Source: Eledone cirrhosa
Taxonomy: Eukaryota
Length of the DNA: 64,000 nt
NCBI GenBank assembly: GCA_964016885.1
Contig: OZ024741.1
Location: forward strand, 131,812,001 to 131,876,000
Reading direction: 5' to 3'
Shown: in pieces, positions 54,430 through 64,000 of the stretch
How the letters are laid out: each line of letters starts with the position of its first letter
How positions within the stretch are numbered: position 1 is the stretch's first letter
Notes under the pieces: generated by a model
Seen by the model: the letters and a program-made list of their open reading frames with translations, nothing else
Told to the model about the DNA's origin: nothing
The model's database searches: none
Program-made: the position numbers and the translations under genes

Positions 54430-54845
54430 ACATAATAGCTACCACCACCACAATAACAGGAGCAACTTACCACAACCACCACCACCACAATAACAGAAGC
54501 AACTTACCACCACCACCACCACAATGACAGAAGCAGCTTACTACCACCACCACCACAATAACAGGAGCAACTGACCACCACAAACACCACCACCACCACA
54601 ATAACAGAAGCAACTTACCACCACCACCGCCACAATGATAGAAGCAACTTATCACCACCACCACCACAATGACAGAAGCAACTTACCACCACCACCACCA
54701 CCACCACACGATAACAGAAGCAACTTACGACCACCACCACCACGATAACAGAAGCAACTTACCACCACCAACACCACAATGACAGAAGCAACTTACGACG
54801 ACCACCACCACGATAACAGAAGCAACTTACTACCACCACCACAAA
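54430..54845. repeat. ~33-36-bp minisatellite (CAATRACAGAAGCAACTTAC(CAC)n)
   Basis: About 12 tandem units. Confidence 0.85.
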
Positions 54846-55447
54846 AATAATAATAAATACAGAAAGAAGCCATTAAACTCAGAAGCAATATTCTCATGTC
54901 TATTATTCTGAGATGACAATAAGTCGGTTTTCTCGAAAGTGTTTTCGCTCTTTCTACTTCAAATTAAACAAGAATTAGCCTCAATTTCAATGAAACAACT
55001 CACATTTCCGGCTGTCCATCAAACTGTTTCCCGCTTTTTTCTCTCTCTATCTACTCACATTCACTCACACCTCCACTTACCCTACTCAAACCATCATCTT
55101 TCAAGTCAGCTTAATGCTTCTGTCAAACTATAATAAATATATCCACAGATACTCTCTCATCTTTTCTCCTTCACATTTTTTTTTTTTTTTGGCCTCTCTT
55201 CTTTTTGTTGTTTGTATTTATATTAATGTTAATATTTTTATTTATTAATATTTACGAAATTCAATGGTAGTTAATTGAATAGTTCTTAGTGTCTGCGTAT
55301 GACGTATGTATATATATGTATATGTGTCTGTGTCTGTGTGTGTGTGTGTATGTATGTATGTGTTTGTGTGTGTATAGTTGTGTATGTGATAATGCGCAAG
55401 TGTAGTGAAACGTGAGAGACTTTAAAGATGTATATATGCAATGCATA

Positions 55448-55485
<38 letters not shown>

Positions 55486-55805
55486 GTGTGTGCGTGCGCG
55501 TGTATGTGTGTATATATATATGTATGTATGCATGCGCAGTGAAAATATCGGTGGGAAGGAACAAAGGAAAAGGGCGCACTATCAAGTGAAAAAAGCTAAT
55601 TTATGATGATTCATCCACGTAACAGGCTTCAAGGAATAGGCGTGGCTGCAATAGGTGCAGCAGCGCTGCAACGCGTAAGCCTAATTCGTCAGGTGCACAG
55701 TGAAATGTCTGAACGAGATCTCATGTTCAAATAGTCTAAAAAAACTTGGAGAAGTTACAAGCTAAAACCGCTCAAGATCGCGGTCAGACGTCTACCATAT
55801 TAATT

Positions 55806-56003
55806 AATTGTTTCTACTTTAGGCACAAGGCCAGCAATTAACCAGTGCATTACTGGTACTTTATTTTATCGACCCCGTAAGGATGAAAGGCAAAGTTAAC
55901 CTCGGCGGGATTTGAACTCAGAATGGCAAGGGCCGTAATTCTATACGTCAATGCATGGCGTCCGAGACCCTCTACCGATACTGCCAATCCTCCACCGCCT
56001 ACC
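55806..56003 (-). mobile_element. SINE family S1, full length
   Basis: Full consensus match; a second copy at 56809-56979 lies across an ~800-bp (TA)n tract. Confidence 0.85.
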
Positions 56004-56004
56004 A

Positions 56005-56807
<803 letters not shown>

Positions 56808-57020
56808 TAATTGTTTCTACTTTAGGCACAAGGCCAGCAATTACCCAGTGCATTACTGGTACTTTATTTTATCGACCCCGTAAGGATGAAAGGCAAAGTC
56901 AACCTCGGCGAGTTTTGAACTCAGATCGTAAAGGACGTAACTATGCTGGAAAGCATGGCGTCCGACCCTTTACCGATACAATATATTAATAAACGGAAAC
57001 TATATTTATAAAACCATATT

Positions 57021-57086
57021 TATTTTATTATATATATTTCAAGGGCAACCAAGGCAAATTATGGTGCCCTTTCATCAGATAAAATA
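57021..57086 (-). ncRNA. Type I hammerhead ribozyme (family F)
   Basis: TATTTTAT CTGATGA AAGGGCA CCA..TGG T TGCCCTT GAAA TATATAT A ATAAAATA; 8-bp helix I, palindromic helix III, AUA site. Confidence 0.85.
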
Positions 57087-57184
57087 CAGATTTGTTTTAT
57101 AAATAAATATTGACATACCCGGAAAAAAGACAACCTTAACGGTTGGAGTTTCCTGGATAGTTTAAGCCTATTGAATATAACCTC

Positions 57185-57226
<42 letters not shown>

Positions 57227-57540
57227 GTATACTTGGCAATATACTGTATGTTTAATTAAAACATTTTGAAGACCATTCGCTATGATTTTGAAAGTAGTGA
57301 ATGTGTCACTTACTTATTCTCGGCAAAAGCAAAGGAGAGTAATCGACAGTCCTGTTTCTCGCTTCTTAGTGCTCCTCACCCCTTCGCTTATGCCGAGAAT
57401 TATGGAAACGGGATTCTTGTAGAATTTCAGTAATATTTAAGAGCTGATTAAACATATGTATATATATATATGTATTTATATATAATTATTATAAAATAAC
57501 AGGAGGTTGGACTGGTGTAATTCCTTAAAAGGTTTATTAT

Positions 57541-57598
57541 ATACCATGATCATTTCAGTGACCAGGTTCAGTATGAATCCGGGGACATCATCAGGTAT
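57541..57598 (-). ncRNA. Hammerhead motif (family C), N17 = G
   Basis: ATAC CTGATGA T GTCCCCGGATTCA TAC TGAACCTGGTCAC T GAAA TGATCAT G GTAT. Confidence 0.55.
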
Positions 57599-58108
57599 TC
57601 GAAATTTAACAAAGGAATATAATAGACAAAATCCATGGGGCTGAAAAGAAGTGACATAAGGGCGGCCGAACATTTAGCAGCTTCTAGCCCGGTCAGTATG
57701 TATGTATACTAGTCAGTATGTATGTATACTAGCAGTGGTACCCGGCGTTGCACGGGATAAGGTATTTTGGAACGCGGGCCGCCAACAGACCTAATCGTAG
57801 AAAAACTGCATGCGTTGACAATATGTAAAGAAAATAAACCGAATACTCTGATGGCTGGATAATCTTTAAGATTTTCCTCAATGAAGCAAGTTTGTTTTTG
57901 TGTGGGTGGGGTGTTTCCTTATTTATATGGGGATGGGTATGAACAATTGTGGCATTGTAATGGTGCTGGAAGAATTAGGCTGAGTTGAAGAATTGTCAAG
58001 GGGAAATGAAATATATATAAAATATAATCAATTCATTTTACAGATTTTTTTAACAACTTTATATGGACAACTTATTATTTTACTGACACGTCAATCATCT
58101 AAGCCACA

Positions 58109-58184
58109 CCCCTGATGAGTTATCCAGTCCCCTGCAAGTCTGTTTGTCAACTAGCTGTTGAGACGGCAAAAGCCCAGCCGTCGG
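58109..58184 (+). ncRNA. Degenerate hammerhead related to the Naiad-type family but with C3-G8 core
   Basis: CCC CTGATGA G...TAGCTGTT GAGAC GGC AAAAGCCCA GCC GTC GG. Confidence 0.45.
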
Positions 58185-58212
58185 AACCTGGGTCTTTCAA
58201 AGATATATATAT

Positions 58213-58622
58213 AGTTAGTTTTGCGAGGTTTTTTATATGAAATCGTGTGTCGAAACAAATATTGTTATACTTGGGGAGGGTCATATTTGTGTAATATTGC
58301 CACAATTAATAACAGAACAGACTCACTGTTTGGTTGGTTTTCGCTTTTCTCTTCTGTGTCCTTTATATCGGTAGTCTAATTTATTCGGTCCTCAATGTTG
58401 CCATTGACTGACCAACGGTCAAAAATAATACAGATACAATATAGACCCAAACACATATATATAGTTAGTTTATCAAAGTTCTTTCGTTGCACATCTGCAA
58501 CATCATCAGTGGTGCTATAGATTCCTCCCGTTGCATTGTATTTCTACGCCATCTTTATTTAGTCTGTTTATATATTTATTTATTTATTTGTTTGTTTATT
58601 TTATTTTGTCTTCTTTGCGCAT
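58213..58622 (-). mobile_element. Family B PLE derivative; HHR motif at 58471-58518
   Basis: Reverse complement of 5855-6245; CTGATGA T GTTGCA GATG TGCAAC GAAAG AA CTT TG. Confidence 0.75.
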
Positions 58623-58688
58623 ATAAACATAACGGTTGCTCAATATTTATGGTACGTCAAAATTATTTATAAAACTGTTTATATATTG

Positions 58689-58754
58689 TATTTTATCTGA
58701 AGAAGGCATGCCATATTTTTAATATGGTATCCCCGAAATATGTATAATGAAATA
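58689..58754 (+). ncRNA. Type I hammerhead ribozyme (family F)
   Basis: TATTTTAT CTGAAGA AGGC ATGCCATATT TTT AATATGGTAT CCCC GAAA TATGTAT A ATGAAATA. Confidence 0.8.
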
Positions 58755-58896
58755 AATATGGTTTTATAAATATAGTTTCCATTTGTTTAATATCGTATAT
58801 CTACTCCAAAACTTGTCGAGTGCTTTATATCAGTTATAAAATATTTACTTGTTGTAACCCAACAATTTTAAATAAAACTTTTGCATATATATATAC

Positions 58897-58981
<85 letters not shown>

Positions 58982-59459
58982 CATGTATGTAAAAGGTAAA
59001 CAGAAATAACAACACAATCGGTACAATATATATATATATATATATGGGGGATGTGTGTGCGTGTGTGTTTGTGTGTGTATATAAATATGTGTGTGAGTGT
59101 GTATGTGTGTATATATATACATATAGGTAAATACATGTATATATATATATATATATCTTAAGGAATGACATCAGCCCTTGCCAACTATCCCTCCTCTCCC
59201 CATCTCTTCTGTGCTGTTGACGTGGTCTGTGATATAATTGTTGTTAATGACATCATCATAATAATAATAACAATTAACATCGCTCATATCGTCACCATCA
59301 TCATCATCATCATCATCATCATAATCACTTCGTCGACTTCGTTGCCAACATCATCATAATCATCGTTCACGCAAGAGCTGATCCCATCCCCGTCACCCAA
59401 CATCTCATTCGTATCTACTGATCATAACAGGATGACAACTAGAGCCAGAAGCACCTCTG

Positions 59460-60048
<589 letters not shown>

Positions 60049-60331
60049 AATTCTTCTTTTTCCTTGGTGCAATTTTCCTTATCCAAAATTTAATTGTCCA
60101 GAATTGAAAATATTTTAAAATGATTTGATAAAGAATGACAAGTGTTGTTTATTAAGTATAAGAGAGTGATTGAGAGAGAATGGGATGTGAGCTAAAAAGA
60201 AAGGGGGAGAATGAGAAAATAAGTAGAAGGCAAATGAGAGTTTAAAATAATATAAACAAGTGAAGAATCACATGAAGACAGAGATACGCAGACAAAGAAA
60301 AGCAATATATATATATGTAAATATATATATG

Positions 60332-60533
<202 letters not shown>

Positions 60534-61258
60534 ATAAATGTAATCTGAGTGTTTCGAATATTAATCATAATATTCGATTCGTTTGCAATTATGAAAACAA
60601 GCCTCATTTTTAAAGCCATGTCAGTAGAATGAGCCCCTCATTCTTGCTCTTGTGTTGGCATGTAAACAGAACTGCAGACAATAATGTTTCTGGGTATTAC
60701 TCTTCATCAATACAGTTCACTGTCCACCTGCCAACTGTCAGAGCTAGTGAAAATATATGATATTTTCTAAAATATACAATGATTGACTGGTCTGATTTGC
60801 ATATTAGCAGACTGACTGATCAGTCAGATCTGCATATTAGCTAGTCCACTAGTCAGCTAGATTTGCATATCAGCAGTCTGGCCAGTCAGTTTCCTGTATG
60901 AATGGGCGGCTTTGCCATATTCAAATAAAAATAATTTTCGCTCTATATATTTGTGAGTTTGAGTGTGTGTGTGTGCATGTGTGTGTGTGTGTGCGTGCGT
61001 GTGTGTGTGAGTCTGTATGTGTGTATATATGTGTGTGTGTGTGTGTGTGTGTATTTGTGTGCGTGCGTATCCCAGATTCAAACGGAGCTAACCACAGTAA
61101 GTAAGGTACTCAATACATAGCAGAGTATAAATGTTTAATATAGAAATGGCTTCTACACGTCTAGAACAGTTTCATTCGAAAGAAATCTAAAGGAACGCTG
61201 ACAGTCGGCTTTACTGGTGATTCCCTTCGTCTGAAACAGTTCTAGTCCTGTAGAAGTC

Positions 61259-61335
<77 letters not shown>

Positions 61336-61670
61336 TATAGCTATATATGGTGAGTAATAATAAATATTACCCAGTTACAAGTATAAAAGTAGGTCAATAC
61401 AAAATAACAATACAGAACCGAAATACAATGTATATGATAATCAAAGAGTGTTTAATATTTCAAACACTTAATAACTAAAGATAGTTTCTCGCTAGCACAA
61501 GTCCGGTTTTTTTATTATTTTTTTTTTTTTTTTTGCATTTATCTGGTCCTATTTTCCATAGGTTTTTCATAAATTTTAATGATTGCGCTTATCTAACCTT
61601 CCGTATTATCTATCCTCCAAATGTTCTTGTGACAAAGTTTTGAACTTATATTTGTGTTGACTTCTGTTAT

Positions 61671-61719
61671 TAACTCAGATGATTCCGGCCTTGTGCTAGG
61701 ATGAAACGATCGTCAGTTA
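61671..61719 (+). ncRNA. Hammerhead motif with one core substitution (family G) in fold-back element 61425-61762
   Basis: TAACT CAGATGA TTCCGGC CTTGT GCTAGGAT GAAAC GATC GTC AGTTA; inverted decayed partial copy at 61425-61506. Confidence 0.65.
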
Positions 61720-61827
61720 TTGTTTGAAAGATTAAACACACTTTGATTATCATTTACATTGTATAAATAAATATATGAATTATATATATAAATAAATATA
61801 TATATATATATGAATTATACATATATG

Positions 61828-61869
<42 letters not shown>

Positions 61870-61921
61870 CATATATGTATATATATATATAATTCATATA
61901 TGTATATATATATATATATAA

Positions 61922-61973
<52 letters not shown>

Positions 61974-62027
61974 CATATATATATATATGTACATATTTAT
62001 ATATATATATATATATGTATGTATACA

Positions 62028-62058
<31 letters not shown>

Positions 62059-62401
62059 ACATATGTATACATATATATATATATTCATATATATATATAT
62101 GTATGTGTGTGTTTTTTGTATATATATGTATATATATGTGTGTGTGCATGTGTTTATGTGTGTGCGCGTATGTGTGTGCGCGTATGTGTGTATGTCTGTG
62201 TGTGTGTATTTGTATATCAAGTATCTGGATAATTATTCTGAAATTAAATCCAAACAAGATTCAATGTAAAGCTATTAGAGAGAAGGCTAAATAGATGTGA
62301 AGAGAATTGGACTTCACAAGTACATTTCATACAGAGAAACACTTAAAATGTAAGTATCTCACTTTGAATAAGATATATTCATAGTATATACTTTATATAT
62401 A

Positions 62402-62491
<90 letters not shown>

Positions 62492-62696
62492 TATGTATAC
62501 GTACATACATATATGTGTACAGATGTACAGTAGTATGTATATATATACATACATGCACACACATATATATATATGTACGTATGGCTTTACCGAACATTTA
62601 TTATAATGGTCGGTTTGTTTGTAAACAAACAGCCCGAATTACGCCGTACAGTGCTCGGCAACCATCGTCGCCCTTTTGTTCAACACTGACACAGGA

Positions 62697-62739
62697 ACGA
62701 TGTACTAGTTTCAAGCTTATTAGCTATCGTCAGCATCGT
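62697..62739 (-). ncRNA. Minimal type I hammerhead ribozyme (family A, diverged copy)
   Basis: ACGATG CTGACGA TAGCT AATA AGCTT GAAAC TA GTA CATCGT; helix I fully Watson-Crick. Confidence 0.85.
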
Positions 62740-62814
62740 GTACCTTTCTGTCAGATGATTGAACGTTTGAAAGTATGCATAAGGATACTTAATATGCATG
62801 CCTATGTATGTCTC

Positions 62815-63118
62815 TTATCGACCCGGTAAGGATGAAAGGCAAAGCTAACTTCAGTGGGATTTGAACTCAGAAGTAAAGTGCAATAACTCTATTCTGCAAA
62901 GCATAGCGTCACATGTTCTATTGATACTGCCAAACCACCACCCTACGGCTAAATTTAAGGGTAAATAATTGTTTCTATTTTAGGCACAAGGCCAGCAATT
63001 AGCCAGTACATTACTGGTACTTTATTTTATCGACCCCGTAAGGATGAAAAGCAAAGTTAACCTCGGCGGGATTTGAACTCAGATCATAAAGGGACGTAAC
63101 TCTATGCTTCAAAGCATG
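62815..63118 (-). mobile_element. Two adjacent SINE S1 copies (62815-62942 and 62966-63118)
   Basis: Both match the S1 consensus. Confidence 0.8.
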
Positions 63119-63234
63119 GAATAATGAGTCTTGTTGATCTCGAGTTTGGCCTATTTATCTCAGGTTCATCAGGCGAAACTCCAGCGTAACATCACTCGCT
63201 ATCTAGCCTTAATAAAAGGAATATAATAAGATGA

Positions 63235-63333
<99 letters not shown>

Positions 63334-63721
63334 CGTGTATGTCTGTGACAGTGTGGTGAGTGTGAGTGTATGTGTCTGTGTTTGTAGAGTTCATTTTACC
63401 ACATTTATTTCACACATTTCTAGGAGATAAGTATTCACATAGACATATGACTGTAGTTTTGTGTTTATATGTATGTGGTTATGTATACGTGTATGTGGTT
63501 ATGTATACGTGTATGCGTGTGACTGTGCGATTTACTGTGTATGTCTGTGATGTAACTCTTTTACGTTGGTATTCCATTTCATTCTATATTTAGTCATATA
63601 ATTTTACTTTATCTATCTGTCATCGCTCCTCCCTCGCTTATGTCTCTTTATCTATATATCCATCTATCTTTTTTTACTATCTTTCTCACTCTCTCTCTCT
63701 CTCACGTACTTTCTCTCTCTA

Positions 63722-63769
<48 letters not shown>

Positions 63770-63776
63770 ACCACTG

Positions 63777-63819
<43 letters not shown>

Positions 63820-64000
63820 GTGTGTGTTAGTACACAGACAGACAGACACATATGCATGTATGCGTTTGTTTACTATATTCATTATTTATACTATCGGATT
63901 TCATGCAGAAGTGAATACAGAAAACAATATTGGATTTCTCTGAACAAGAATGTTTGGGATCAGATATCATATTAAACCTCGTGCTATTATATTGATTCTC

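Noticed and set aside
63125-63182. Minus-strand CTGATGA-hairpin-CAAACTCGAG
   Set aside because: Several core changes and poor helix I; not counted as a ribozyme

Overview
AT-rich, microsatellite-saturated animal genomic DNA; the dominant SINE and repeat landscape suggest an octopod cephalopod (inference). No multi-exon host gene is recognisable, and almost all ORFs in the track are microsatellite artefacts. The recognisable coding sequence is transposon-derived: a near-intact Tx1/L1-clade LINE (17494-23127, one frameshift), a Penelope-like element (PLE) with a Naiad-type GIY-YIG domain and ~625-bp inverted repeats (24980-27359), and RTE-like, CRE-like and other PLE remnants. Also present are ~13 copies of one SINE, other tRNA SINEs, non-autonomous Helitrons, MITEs and two minisatellites (62 bp and 79 bp). 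The main hidden signal is a dense set of type I hammerhead ribozyme (HHR) motifs. About 15 good motifs plus several degenerate ones, from roughly 9 sequence-unrelated families, lie in short, mostly non-coding, often fold-back elements, most of them next to (TA)n tracts. They include a U3-A8 core variant and a tandem, ORF-less, retrozyme-like unit. All folds were paired by eye; none is computationally or experimentally tested.
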